From contig JBARBN010000053.1 of assembly GCA_049793155.1 (NCBI GenBank), forward strand, positions 285-64,284: a stretch of DNA of 64,000 nt. The letters run 5' to 3'. The notes under the pieces are model-generated. The model had not been told where the DNA came from, ran no database searches, and saw only the letters and a program-made list of their open reading frames with translations. Position 1 is the first letter of the stretch; every line of letters starts with the position of its first letter. This document shows positions 36,739 to 46,316 of the stretch, piece after piece. The DNA comes from Nitrospirota bacterium (GTDB lineage: Bacteria > Nitrospirota > UBA9217). The position numbers were made by a program, and so were the translations under genes.

Positions 36739-37872
36739 TCAATCTTCCCGAACAAAATACTTCCCCGGAAGCTGTTTCGTCAGTCCTTTCAACTCCAGAT
36801 TGATCAGGACTCCGCTCAGTTTCCCGGCATTGGCGCCGCTTTCCTTCATAATGATGTCAATGTGCTTCGGTTCATTCGTAATACAGCAAAGCACGGTTGT
36901 TTCTTCCCGGGTAAGCGCAGGCAGGGGGCGGGCAGATATGGCTGAACCATTATCCTGCTTGTCCATCCCAAGGTTCCTCAGGATATCTTCGACGCCTTCC
37001 ACGAGGATCGCGCCCTGCTTGATCAGGCTATTCGTGCCCTTGCTGGTTAACGAGCCGATGTTCCCCGGTACGGCATAAAGCTTGCGGCCCTGTTCGAGCG
37101 TGTACTTAGCGGTGATGAGCGAGCCGCTGTCCTCGGCAGCCTCGATGATGACGGTTCCCCGCGACAGCCCACTGATGATCCGATTCCTCGCCGGGAAGTA
37201 GCCCGACTCGGGTTGCGTGCCAAAAGGGTTCTCAGTCACCACGGCTCCACGCCCCGCCTGGATGATCTCTTCCATCAGTCCTTTGTTCTCGGGCGGATAC
37301 ACGACGTCAATACCGCATCCGAGCACTGCTATGGTCCGGCCTTTTGCCGCAAGCGAACCACGATGCGCCTGGGTGTCGATCCCCCTCGCCATGCCGCTGA
37401 CAATAGTAAAGCCCGCCGAGGAAAGTTCTGATGCGATCCGTCGCGTGACGGTCATCCCATAGTGAGTGGGTTTACGGGTTCCGACGATCGCGATGGAGTT
37501 CCTGTCTTGTACCTGCAGCTCGCCTTTCACATACAGGTAGGGTGGCGAATCCGGTGCATGCCTGAGGCTTTCGGGATACGCAGGGCTGTCGGCGGTCACG
37601 ATCGCAACGTTCGCTTCAGCCGCTTTCGCGACCTCCTGTTTCGCATGCTCCTGCCAGGGGAAGGACCCAATCGCCGCGGCGACCTTTTCGGACAGCATGC
37701 CGATCTTTTGAAGGTCCTCACGAGAGGCGAAGAGCGCACGCTCCGGTGAACCGAAAAGGCTGACAAGTTTCCTGAACGTGATGCGTCCGACCCCCGGAAC
37801 GCTGCTGAGTCCTATCCAAGTAAGGGCACGATCGGAATTATCTTGTATGAGGCTGTCCGTGTGTGTACTCAT
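36739..37872 (-). CDS. dprA: DNA processing protein DprA
   Basis: Rossmann-like core GTRKPT.YG...ARGID..AH...GRTIAVLGCGID..YP and a C-terminal winged-helix region. Confidence 0.9.
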   Translation of the reverse strand: MSTHTDSLIQDNSDRALTWIGLSSVPGVGRITFRKLVSLFGSPERALFASREDLQKIGMLSEKVAAAIGSFPWQEHAKQEVAKAAEANVAIVTADSPAYPESLRHAPDSPPYLYVKGELQVQDRNSIAIVGTRKPTHYGMTVTRRIASELSSAGFTIVSGMARGIDTQAHRGSLAAKGRTIAVLGCGIDVVYPPENKGLMEEIIQAGRGAVVTENPFGTQPESGYFPARNRIISGLSRGTVIIEAAEDSGSLITAKYTLEQGRKLYAVPGNIGSLTSKGTNSLIKQGAILVEGVEDILRNLGMDKQDNGSAISARPLPALTREETTVLCCITNEPKHIDIIMKESGANAGKLSGVLINLELKGLTKQLPGKYFVRED

Positions 37873-38337
37873 TCCGCACTTAAGGTTAGGAATTATACAG
37901 TCTCAGGGAGGATAGTCAAGATTTTTTTTCAGACCTATATCAAGGATGACGTCGTAACATCCAATTGCGCATTATGTCGCTGCGGGAAAAAATATACGAT
38001 ATTCTATTAAATGCCGATGGGGTTTCAACGTACGCAAGGTTCTCCGAAAGTTCCCTTATGAGTCGGAACCGAAAACAACCGGGCGGCAAATGTGCGGTAA
38101 GGACGCTCCTTCTTGCACTCAGGCTGTACCATCATCCACCAGACGATCAGGATTCTTTAAATATAATACCGGAAGCGCGGTTTCGCCCTCTTCAGAGGCA
38201 TGTTCACTGTTTAGATAATTTTATGAAACGATGATTTAGAACGCTGTTTTTTTGCATATTTGATAAAATATCATGATGTTTAGCATTCCTGCAAAAAATT
38301 AGTCTTGCAGCTGCCTTTAAATTCAATGTGATATCTT

Positions 38338-38353
38338 TGGCACGTAGGATGCA
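38338..38353 (+). promoter_or_regulatory. candidate sigma54 (-24/-12) promoter
   Basis: TGGCACGtaggATGCA against the consensus TGGCACG-N4-TTGCW, with correct GG/GC spacing. It sits in a 750-nt AT-rich intergenic region. The inverted repeat ctgcaa-N10-ttgcag at 38289-38310 lies just upstream. Confidence 0.45.
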
Positions 38354-38626
38354 AGTACTATGAGGACGAAATGTAAGTTTTTCCAGCATGCAGACGATAA
38401 TTATAAGACCCCTAAATCATCAGATCGTTGTCGAGCCAAATTATTCCCGATTGTTGCGTTTTTCCCGGCAAGTTGGGGCTATTTTTTGACTTCATAGTTG
38501 CAAATATTATTAACAATGCAACAATATGGTCCTGTTTTTTTAGTTCTAATTGCGTGAGGAGGTGAACGGGAACGATAGGTATCTGACATATATCTCGGTT
38601 TTAAAATTAAAAGGAGGCATTCGGTA

Positions 38627-40051
38627 ATGAAAAAAGTACTTCTGGTAGCAATGTCGTTCGTCCTTCTGACCGCAGGCTTTGCAACGGCTGCTGATGAGAC
38701 CTCATGGCTTGAGATCGGCGGTGATTACCAATACAGGTTCGATTCGGTCAAAGGTACCGTACACGAATATTATAATTTCCAGGATGTTCTGCCCTGGCAG
38801 CTCGGAGGGATGACGACACCGCCGCCGGCCACCGTAAAAAGCTACGATGTCAAGAACGATTCGCTCATGACGAACCGTTTCGGTCTGAACTTAAAAGCAA
38901 ACGCCATGGAAGACGTGAGTGTCAAGGCTCGCCTTATCATGTACAAAGTGTGGGGTCATGAGACCTCGGGGCCTGCTGACGGCGCCTTCTTCTCGGACAG
39001 GGCAACGGGGCCGAACGACGGCACGGTCGGCCACATACCCGAGGACAACACGCTACGCGTAGATTATGCCTATGCCACCGTAAGCAATATCGGACAGCTG
39101 CCCCTCTGGTTCTCCGTCGGCAGGAGGCCGACCACGGGCGGCGTCCCCACGAACTTAAAAAATAATGAAGAAAAGACCGGCAGCGCGGGCGTACCCGCCA
39201 TCATGGTCGACTACGCATTCGACGGCGCTACCGTAGGCTATGCTCCGGATATAGAGGTAATGCCGGGCGCGTTCGTAAAACTCTGCTACGGCAAGGGTTT
39301 TGACAGCGGTTTTACTACGCCGACCGGTTCCTCTCTTAAGGACACGTCTTTTTACGGTGTAATGGCTTCGTTGTATGACACTGAGAGCCTGAAGGCGCAA
39401 GTGCAGTATCAGAAAGGCGCGCACATTTTCGATGCGCCTTCCGACGGCAGTGCCCTGACCGGGCCCGTACGGCACAACCTTGGCGACATCGACTGGATTG
39501 GCGGCGTTGTCATGGGGAAAGTTCACGACCTTAACCTGTTTTTGTCCGCCGCTCAAAGCAAGACCCATCCTAATGATGAGCTGTTCCAGGTCGATGCCGG
39601 TCCGTTCGGCCTTGTTCCTGTTGCCGGCCTGATGTACGATGCAGGCAGTAATGCGGAAAGCCGTACCGGCACAGCCGTGTATATCGGCGGACGTTATGAC
39701 ATCGAATCCCTGAACACGAAGATCGGCGTAGAGTACAACCAGGGATCAAAAAACTGGATCGGCATGGTTCCGGCCGCAGACGACGTCTGGACGAGCAAAC
39801 TCGGAACCCGCGGCAGTGTCTACGAAATCTATGTCATCCAGGAGCTGAAGAACCAGCGCATTTCCAAGAAGGGAAAGGCCTTCTTCAAGGTCGGCTATCA
39901 GTCCTACAAGTTCGACTATACGGGCAGCAACAACTGGGTCGGAGCCCCGAAGAAGATCTCAGACCTGGCAACCAGCCCCGCGAATGCCCAGATGCTGGCG
40001 CCGGTCGAAAAGGCGACGGATATCTACTTGACGTTCGAGGTCAGATTCTAA
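38627..40051 (+). CDS. outer-membrane beta-barrel protein (DUF3373-like porin)
   Basis: Signal peptide MKKVLLVAMSFVLLTAGFATA, beta-strand-rich sequence and a C-terminal ...YLTFEVRF. An AAGGAGG RBS precedes the start. Confidence 0.6.
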   Translation: MKKVLLVAMSFVLLTAGFATAADETSWLEIGGDYQYRFDSVKGTVHEYYNFQDVLPWQLGGMTTPPPATVKSYDVKNDSLMTNRFGLNLKANAMEDVSVKARLIMYKVWGHETSGPADGAFFSDRATGPNDGTVGHIPEDNTLRVDYAYATVSNIGQLPLWFSVGRRPTTGGVPTNLKNNEEKTGSAGVPAIMVDYAFDGATVGYAPDIEVMPGAFVKLCYGKGFDSGFTTPTGSSLKDTSFYGVMASLYDTESLKAQVQYQKGAHIFDAPSDGSALTGPVRHNLGDIDWIGGVVMGKVHDLNLFLSAAQSKTHPNDELFQVDAGPFGLVPVAGLMYDAGSNAESRTGTAVYIGGRYDIESLNTKIGVEYNQGSKNWIGMVPAADDVWTSKLGTRGSVYEIYVIQELKNQRISKKGKAFFKVGYQSYKFDYTGSNNWVGAPKKISDLATSPANAQMLAPVEKATDIYLTFEVRF

Positions 40052-40183
40052 ACTCGACGGACGCGCGCAGAAATGACATGTCACAAACTGAAAGTAAAAA
40101 CTATTGGGCAAATGTTCTGAACGCAAAAATGAAAGTTGATAAGAAGTAGTATAGGTTATAGAAGCTATATTGCAGTTCCCCTC

Positions 40184-40213
40184 AGCCCCGGATGGCATTG
40201 TGCCTCCGGGGCT
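40184..40213 (+). terminator. hairpin terminator candidate downstream of the porin gene
   Basis: agccccgga (40184-40192) pairs with tccggggct (40205-40213) and is followed by tccttgcttc. Confidence 0.4.
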
Positions 40214-40434
40214 TCCTTGCTTCAGTGAGCGAAGTCCCGTATTGCGGTCAGCTGCACGCGTATCATTTTTTGCATCCATTGCTTATTGATTGTTGTTGCG
40301 AGTGGTAGTACTATAAATACCAGCTGTATAATGATCTTAGAATTTCAAGCTTCGATCCCCACTCACAGATTTTCAATATGGAAGAGATCAAGGTCTTTCG
40401 AATAATTGCTGGTAGGAGCATCAAAGTCATCATT

Positions 40435-41046
40435 ATGCAGAATGTGATTAAAGCGGTCCTTTTTGATTTTGGCGGTGTGATCGCAGATGAGGGTTTTTGG
40501 AAAGGACTTCAGGCCATTGGGAAGGAGAGCGGGCTCGATCCCGATGACTTTTTCCGGACGGTTGATGCGCTCATTTACGAGACGGGGTATCTTGTCGGCA
40601 GGGCGGACGAAGCCTCGTTCTGGAACGCGGTAAGGACCAAGGCCGGTATCCGCGGGACTGACGCCGAGCTTACAAGCGAGATCATGAGGCGATTCGTGCT
40701 CAGACCGCCTATGATCGCGTCCGTAGATCACCTGAGGCAAAAGGGGTTCATTGTTGCCCTGTTGAGCGATCAGACGGACTGGCTCGACGAAATAGACGGG
40801 CAAACTGCGCTCTTCCAGCACTTCGATGCAATATTCAACTCCTTCTACACCCATAAAAGCAAACGTGATGCGTCCGTGTTCCGGGATGTATGCAGTGCTC
40901 TGGGTGTTAAGGCTGGAGAAACGCTTTTTGTCGATGACAATATCGATCACATCAAACGGGCGCGGGGGCAGGGACTTCAGACGATTCATTTTACGGGAAT
41001 AGACGAATACAACAAGCAGATCGGGAATTTCATCGATTTAGAATGA
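40435..41046 (+). CDS. HAD-superfamily hydrolase
   Basis: Motif I LFDFGGVI, motif II LLSDQ and the motif IV region FVDDNIDH. The start is set at the ATG at 40435 (MQNVIKAVLFDFGG). Confidence 0.7.
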   Translation: MQNVIKAVLFDFGGVIADEGFWKGLQAIGKESGLDPDDFFRTVDALIYETGYLVGRADEASFWNAVRTKAGIRGTDAELTSEIMRRFVLRPPMIASVDHLRQKGFIVALLSDQTDWLDEIDGQTALFQHFDAIFNSFYTHKSKRDASVFRDVCSALGVKAGETLFVDDNIDHIKRARGQGLQTIHFTGIDEYNKQIGNFIDLE

Positions 41047-41186
41047 GACAGTATCACGAATGACACTAATAGGACTTACACTCATAAAACCGGGAGCTTG
41101 TATATTTTAATTTGTGACTTTCGGATTATTTGTGTAATTCGTGTAACGTGTTAAAGTTTTGGTCCCGGCTTGTCCTATCCCGGATT

Positions 41187-41735
41187 TTACAAACCAAGGG
41201 CCTTTCTTGCCAACTCCACCAACCCGAAAACCTTCAAGTCCACGAGCGTACCGTTGATTTGCGCGGTGCGGAGATAATCCTGTACGTTCTGGATCGGAAC
41301 CTCCATCACATCGATGATCTCGTTGTCGTCTCCACCATTCTTGCCTACATGGACAAGTTCCGTGCACAGATAGGCACGGAGCGCTTCGGTCGAAGCTCCC
41401 GTTGAGATCGGTCCTTCAGCAAGAAATTCTATTTTCCCCGCGGACCATCCCGTTTCCTCGATCAGCTCGCGCTTCGCTGCGGATTCCATTGATTCACCGG
41501 ACTCCACAAGTCCCGCAGGGAGTTCGATTACGTCCCGGCCCATAGGCGGCCGGAACTGTTTTTCAAGAATGACGTTATGGTCAGGCGTGACGGCGACCAT
41601 CACCACGATGCCGCTGACACCGACGCGCTCGAGGGCCTCCCAGGTTCGAACCGCTCCGCGAGCATCGCGATAGGTGATCTCCACCGCGCTCATGAAATTA
41701 CCTTTCCAGACGGTTTTTTTACTGATGATTTCCAT
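41187..41735 (-). CDS. NUDIX hydrolase (ADP-ribose pyrophosphatase-like)
   Basis: Nudix box GLVESGESMESAAKRELIEETG. Confidence 0.85.
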   Translation of the reverse strand: MEIISKKTVWKGNFMSAVEITYRDARGAVRTWEALERVGVSGIVVMVAVTPDHNVILEKQFRPPMGRDVIELPAGLVESGESMESAAKRELIEETGWSAGKIEFLAEGPISTGASTEALRAYLCTELVHVGKNGGDDNEIIDVMEVPIQNVQDYLRTAQINGTLVDLKVFGLVELARKALGL

Positions 41736-41745
41736 AGATCAAGAT

Positions 41746-41847
41746 TTACCACAGAGGCAAGGAGACACAGAAAAATTCAAAAAAAAGATCGAGAAGGAAT
41801 CTGTTCCCGTCTCGTATTTCTCCAAGTCTCTGGGTCTCAGCGGTGAA
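41746..41847. repeat. family D hairpin repeat
   Basis: ttaccacagaggcaaggagacacagaaaaa / tttctccaagtctctgggtctcagcggtgaa. Confidence 0.65.
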
Positions 41848-41853
41848 TTGGGG

Positions 41854-42465
41854 TTACAACCATTTCTTCAAATCCAGCGTCAACGCCGCGGGAATGATGG
41901 TATCAACTTCGCGGAGCCGCTTTCGGCCGGCCTTTATAAACATGGCCTTCTGCAATTTCTTTTCTTCCGCATAGTGGTCGAAGATGGGGAAATCGGCTTC
42001 GGGAATGTCTTTTGTAAAAAGTCCGCAGCCTGCGAGCTGCACAGCGCGGCGCGGGCCGCGGATGGTCGGACCGAAGATGCGACAGATGTGCGGCCGCTGG
42101 TTATAGATCAGACATGAGCCGTTCTCGAGCGCCGGGCAGGACATCTTTGCCGATCTGCGGGAGATCGAGTCGATGGCGGGCAGCGTTTTGAGCAGCGGAT
42201 CTTTGCGGGAAAAGGCCTTTTTCTTTTCCAGGATATCGATCTGTTCATTGGCCTTTGCGAGTACCCGTTCCCTGATAGGCGCGGGGAGCTGTTTCAGTGC
42301 GTCGCGAAGATAGATCGCGTCGAGAAGAGTGATGTCGAAGAAGCCGACTGAACAGCACTCATGGCACCCTTGTTTGCAGCCGACACCGTGTTTTGAAGCG
42401 GCCTTGGAGAAGACCGTGTTTGATCTTTCGAGGAACTGTCCGTATTTTTTGATGATTCGGTTCAT
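41854..42465 (-). CDS. YkgJ-family cysteine-cluster protein (UPF0153)
   Basis: CKQGCHECCS plus later Cys residues (CPAL...GSCLIY...ICR), typical of the Zn/Fe-chelating YkgJ family. Confidence 0.6.
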   Translation of the reverse strand: MNRIIKKYGQFLERSNTVFSKAASKHGVGCKQGCHECCSVGFFDITLLDAIYLRDALKQLPAPIRERVLAKANEQIDILEKKKAFSRKDPLLKTLPAIDSISRRSAKMSCPALENGSCLIYNQRPHICRIFGPTIRGPRRAVQLAGCGLFTKDIPEADFPIFDHYAEEKKLQKAMFIKAGRKRLREVDTIIPAALTLDLKKWL

Positions 42466-42606
42466 TGCACAATACCTTTCTGTAAATAGTGTTGTGGATT
42501 ATACGGGCTTGACAGTACGTTTGTCAATATGAAGCGTACTATCGGGGAAAGAGCAGGGGGTGTGGACCGGATTAGAAAGGTTGTAAGCGGTGTTTCGAGC
42601 TGCCTT

Positions 42607-43419
42607 TTACATCCTTTGCCTCACCGCTTCATAAAGTACCGCTGCTGCGGAGACGGCAACATTCAAAGAGTCGATCGCTTCCACCATGGGAATACGAACG
42701 CGAAGGTCGACTTCAGCCATGATGTCCTGCGGTAGTCCGGCGCCTTCCTGTCCTAGAACGATCACGGTCGGTTTTTTGAGGTCGAGAGCAAAGTGGGACT
42801 TGTCGCCGGTCACGACGGCTGCGATTGTTTGAAAACCCCTCTGCTTGCACAGCTTCAAGAATTCGTTCGCGTTCCCGACGCGCACCACGGGAAGCCGGAG
42901 GATGCTGCCCATTGATGCCCTTATTGCCTTGGCGCTGTAGGGATCAACGGTACTGGGCGCCAGCACTATGCCGGCCGCGCCCACGGCCTCGACCGTTCTG
43001 ATGATAGTGCCGAGGTTGCCCGGGTCCTGAAGCTGATGGCAAATGATAATGAGCTTTGAGGCATGATCGAAGAGCTCATCTTCGCTGTGTTCCTTCATCT
43101 TAACGATCGCCATCACCGGCTGAGGGGTTTTACTCTCCGATATTGCGTCTACAAGTCTTTCAGCGATCCAGAGAATATCGATGGATCTGGCCTCCGCCAG
43201 CTTGAGCACACCTTTGCCATGATGTTGAACAAGAGCTGGCGAGGCCACGACCGTGGTAACGCCGACCTTGTCCCGAAGCGCCTCTTCGACCATTTTAACG
43301 CCTTCGATCAAAAAGACCTGTTCCTTTCTCCGGAATTTTGGATCGGACAGGGCGCGCAGGTATTTTATAATGCTGTTGTCTTTGCTCGTGATCGGCTTAT
43401 GAGGGCTGGATTGCTGCAT
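42607..43419 (-). CDS. TrmH/SpoU-family RNA 2-prime-O-methyltransferase
   Basis: C-terminal SPOUT motifs NLGTIIRT, VVLGQEGAGL and IPM...SLNVAVSAA. The start is set at the ATG at 43419. Confidence 0.8.
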   Translation of the reverse strand: MQQSSPHKPITSKDNSIIKYLRALSDPKFRRKEQVFLIEGVKMVEEALRDKVGVTTVVASPALVQHHGKGVLKLAEARSIDILWIAERLVDAISESKTPQPVMAIVKMKEHSEDELFDHASKLIIICHQLQDPGNLGTIIRTVEAVGAAGIVLAPSTVDPYSAKAIRASMGSILRLPVVRVGNANEFLKLCKQRGFQTIAAVVTGDKSHFALDLKKPTVIVLGQEGAGLPQDIMAEVDLRVRIPMVEAIDSLNVAVSAAAVLYEAVRQRM

Positions 43420-43550
43420 GGAAGAGAGTATAACATAAACAGGTGGGAGTGCGAACAGGAAATTCTCGCGCAATCATGGAGACACGGAAACCGGATGGCA
43501 GGACAATTTCTTGAAGATGCGTACAATGGTTTCGGCATGTCCGGGTTAGG

Positions 43551-43823
43551 TTAGATCTTCATCGTCCTGAAGGCTTCCCGGTACTGCTGCTCCAGTTCCT
43601 GCCATTTCTTAAGTGAATCGTAACTGCTCTGCCAGGCAGCATAGTCGTCTTTAAATTCAAGACGGTCTATCAATTTATTGTCCAGGAGTTCCTGAATAAA
43701 AACCTCGGTGGTCTTATTATGCTTCCGCTCCAGGATGCCGAGTGACTTTTGGATCCTCTGGATGGTATTCTTACATAAGTTCAGTTCCCGAGCAAGGGAT
43801 ATCTCATATTCATCGTATGGCAT
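43551..43823 (-). CDS. hypothetical small helical protein (90 aa)
   Basis: An ORF with a plausible GGAGGAG RBS. It is charged and helical with no recognised family. Confidence 0.4.
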   Translation of the reverse strand: MPYDEYEISLARELNLCKNTIQRIQKSLGILERKHNKTTEVFIQELLDNKLIDRLEFKDDYAAWQSSYDSLKKWQELEQQYREAFRTMKI

Positions 43824-44031
43824 GACTCTCCTCCAACTCTTGATTAAAATTGCTTACCACGGATTTTCACCGAGGGAGGCACACAGAGATATACAAATGC
43901 AAAGAATCTTCATAGGGAGATCGATCCTTTTATCTTCCCCGGGTGTTAGCTATCCTCGGCAATTACGCACAGCTGTCTGCCATGAACTGATTAAAAGTAG
44001 TTCAAATGACCGTAAAAAACAAGGAAATAAT

Positions 44032-44064
44032 ATACTTGACAAAATTGGTCAAGTTTGTTATGTT
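44032..44064 (+). promoter_or_regulatory. sigma70 promoter (TTGACA-17-TATGTT) overlapped by an IscR type-1-like operator
   Basis: TTGACA at 44036-44041 and TATGTT at 44059-44064. ATACTTGACAAAATTGGTCAAGTTT (44032-44056) matches the remembered consensus ATASYYGACTRWWWYAGTCRRSTAT at about 22 of 25 positions. Confidence 0.55.
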
Positions 44065-44138
44065 TTCATTGAATGATAGTGAAGACAGAATCAGTCCTCT
44101 TTGATGAGGGGATGGGCCTTCACCGGTAGATATAAAGT

Positions 44139-44612
44139 ATGAAACTGTCAACAAAAGGTAAATACGGCGTCCGGGCCGTGTTTGAGATCGCAAGGCACTA
44201 CGGCAAGGGACCAATTTCGATCAAGGAGATCGCAGAGCGGCAGGGAATTTCGTTCTCCTACCTCGAACAGATCCTGCATAAACTCGGCAAGGCCGGATTG
44301 ATCGAGAGCGTTCGCGGTCCCGCAGGGGGATATTTGCTTGCGCGCAAGCCGTTGGAACTGACGATAGGTGATATTGTGCGCGTGCTGGAAGGCCCGATAG
44401 CCCTTTCTCATTGTTTGGAGCCCGGAGAATCGGCTGATTGCTGCCAGACCGACGATTGTGTCGCCAGAATGGTTTGGGCCAAGGTGGGCGCAAAAATTGA
44501 GGAAGCGCTTGACAGCATCAGCTTTCATGATCTCCTGCAGCAGCATCGGAAAGAACCGATGCTCCTGAAAGCGAGGAGAAAAACGGTTTTGGCGGGAAAG
44601 GGGGCATGTTGA
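44139..44612 (+). CDS. iscR: Rrf2-family transcriptional regulator (IscR-like)
   Basis: MKLSTKGKYGVRAVFEIA... winged HTH and a Cys cluster (C..x..CC....C). It heads the isc operon. Confidence 0.85.
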   Translation: MKLSTKGKYGVRAVFEIARHYGKGPISIKEIAERQGISFSYLEQILHKLGKAGLIESVRGPAGGYLLARKPLELTIGDIVRVLEGPIALSHCLEPGESADCCQTDDCVARMVWAKVGAKIEEALDSISFHDLLQQHRKEPMLLKARRKTVLAGKGAC

Positions 44613-44613
44613 A

Positions 44614-45798
44614 ATGAGAAATGTATATCTTGACCATGCGGCCACAACGCCGGTTCACCCGAGAGTTCTGGAGGCCATGTTGCCTTACTTTTCGGCAAAG
44701 TTCGGCAATCCGTCCAATTTGCATGATATCGGGCGGGAGGCAAAGAATGCCATCGAAGAGGCGAGGGACAAAACCGGAAATCTTATCGGGGCCCGGGCAG
44801 ATGAAATATTCTTTACCGCCAGCGGAGCCGAGTCGAACAACTTTGCGATCAAAGGTCTGGCCCAAGCGAACAGCCAGAAGGGCAAACATATTATCGTATC
44901 GCAAATAGAGCATTTTTCAATTCTTCATCCGGCGAAAACGCTCGAAAAATCGGGCTTCACGGTCACCTACCTGCCGACGGACAAACAGGGGCTCGTGAGC
45001 CCCGATGACGTCGCCAGCGCGATCACCAAGGAGACGATTCTCGTCTCGATCATGCACGCGAACAATGAGATCGGCACCATAGAACCGATCGAAGAGATAG
45101 GCAGGATCACCAAAGAACGCGGCGTACTGCTCCATACCGACGCGGTTGCCACTACGGGATGGATCCCGGTGGATGTAAAGACCCTGGGCGTTGATGCCCT
45201 TTCGTTCTCCGGCCACCAGTTCTACGGACCCAAGGGATCTGCCGGGCTCTTTGTGCGCAAGGGAGTCAGGATCAAACCATTGATCGAAGGCGGCATTCAG
45301 GAGGACGGGAGGCGTGCGGGCACCGAGAATGTGCCTGCCATCGTGGGGCTGGGCAAGGCATCGGAGATCGCCGCCGCAGAGATCACCAACCGGATGAGAT
45401 ATCTTGCCCCGCTCAGGGACCGTCTCCAGAAGGGGCTCAGTGAGAAGATCGACCACCTGGTGATCAATGGCCATCCTACGAAAAGACTGCCGAATAATCT
45501 AAACATCTCATTGTGGTATGTGGAAGGCGAGTCTATGCTCCTGTTCCTGAATATGCAGGGGGTCTCGGTCTCGAGCGGATCGGCATGCACCTCACGTTCG
45601 CTCAAGTCGTCGCATGTGCTCACGTGTATCGGCACGGACGCTGCGGTCGCGAACGGGACGCTGCTGATGTCGCTGGGGATGGGGAACACGGCGGAAGACA
45701 TCGACTACGTGATAGAAACACTTCCCCCCATTGTTCATCGTCTGCGGGAGATGTCACCGCTCTATGAGGACATGATAAAAAAAGAGAAAGGAAAATGA
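44614..45798 (+). CDS. iscS: NifS/IscS-family cysteine desulfurase homolog lacking the PLP-binding lysine (Gln202)
   Basis: Full-length class-V aminotransferase fold (HANNEIGT, GTENVP, active-site loop SSGSACTS). The conserved SGHK is SGHQ (CAG at 45217-45219) and DAVQ is DAVA. Confidence 0.85.
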   Translation: MRNVYLDHAATTPVHPRVLEAMLPYFSAKFGNPSNLHDIGREAKNAIEEARDKTGNLIGARADEIFFTASGAESNNFAIKGLAQANSQKGKHIIVSQIEHFSILHPAKTLEKSGFTVTYLPTDKQGLVSPDDVASAITKETILVSIMHANNEIGTIEPIEEIGRITKERGVLLHTDAVATTGWIPVDVKTLGVDALSFSGHQFYGPKGSAGLFVRKGVRIKPLIEGGIQEDGRRAGTENVPAIVGLGKASEIAAAEITNRMRYLAPLRDRLQKGLSEKIDHLVINGHPTKRLPNNLNISLWYVEGESMLLFLNMQGVSVSSGSACTSRSLKSSHVLTCIGTDAAVANGTLLMSLGMGNTAEDIDYVIETLPPIVHRLREMSPLYEDMIKKEKGK

Positions 45799-45808
45799 GG
45801 AGGATATT

Positions 45809-46237
45809 ATGGAACAGTACAGCTCAAAAGTGATGGAACATTTCGCCCAGCCGCATAACGTGGGCGAGATCGAGAACGCCGACGGCGTCGGCACCGTGGG
45901 CAACCCGGTGTGCGGCGACGTGATGCGTCTTTACATCAAGGTGGAGAACAACATCATTACGGACGCAAAGTTCAAGACCTTCGGTTGCGGCGCGGCGATC
46001 GCTACCAGCAGTATGGTGACGGACCTGGTGAAGGGGAAGAGCATCGACGAGGCGCTCAAAATATCCAATGCTGCCGTGGCTGAAGCTCTCGGCGGGCTGC
46101 CGAAGGTAAAAATGCACTGCTCGGTGCTGGCCGAGGAGGCGCTAAAGTCCGCGCTCGACGATTACTATAAGAAGCAGGGCAAGCCGTCACCCGTTAGAAT
46201 ATCCCCTGACGCGGGACATGAAAATGAGATGGAGTGA
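45809..46237 (+). CDS. iscU: Fe-S cluster scaffold IscU/NifU N-terminal type
   Basis: GNPVCGDVM, FKTFGCGAAIA and MHCSVLAEEA (three ligand Cys plus Asp). Confidence 0.9.
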   Translation: MEQYSSKVMEHFAQPHNVGEIENADGVGTVGNPVCGDVMRLYIKVENNIITDAKFKTFGCGAAIATSSMVTDLVKGKSIDEALKISNAAVAEALGGLPKVKMHCSVLAEEALKSALDDYYKKQGKPSPVRISPDAGHENEME

Positions 46238-46316
46238 TTCAATAGCGGATTGCGTGAAAAAAACCGGCATTAATCCGTGTTCATTCGTGTGAATCCGCTT
46301 CTGCGAGAGTGACTCT

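Noticed and set aside
36245-37078. 277-aa plus-strand ORF
   Set aside because: It is antisense to smg and dprA and is Ser/Phe/Arg-rich. The sense genes are well supported.
37965-38234. 89-aa ORF in the dprA-porin intergenic region
   Set aside because: No RBS, non-ATG start, and odd composition (Arg, His, Pro, Leu). The region is better explained as regulatory DNA.
40363-40989. 208-aa minus-strand ORF
   Set aside because: It lies antisense to the HAD hydrolase gene, whose motif I-IV order is clear.
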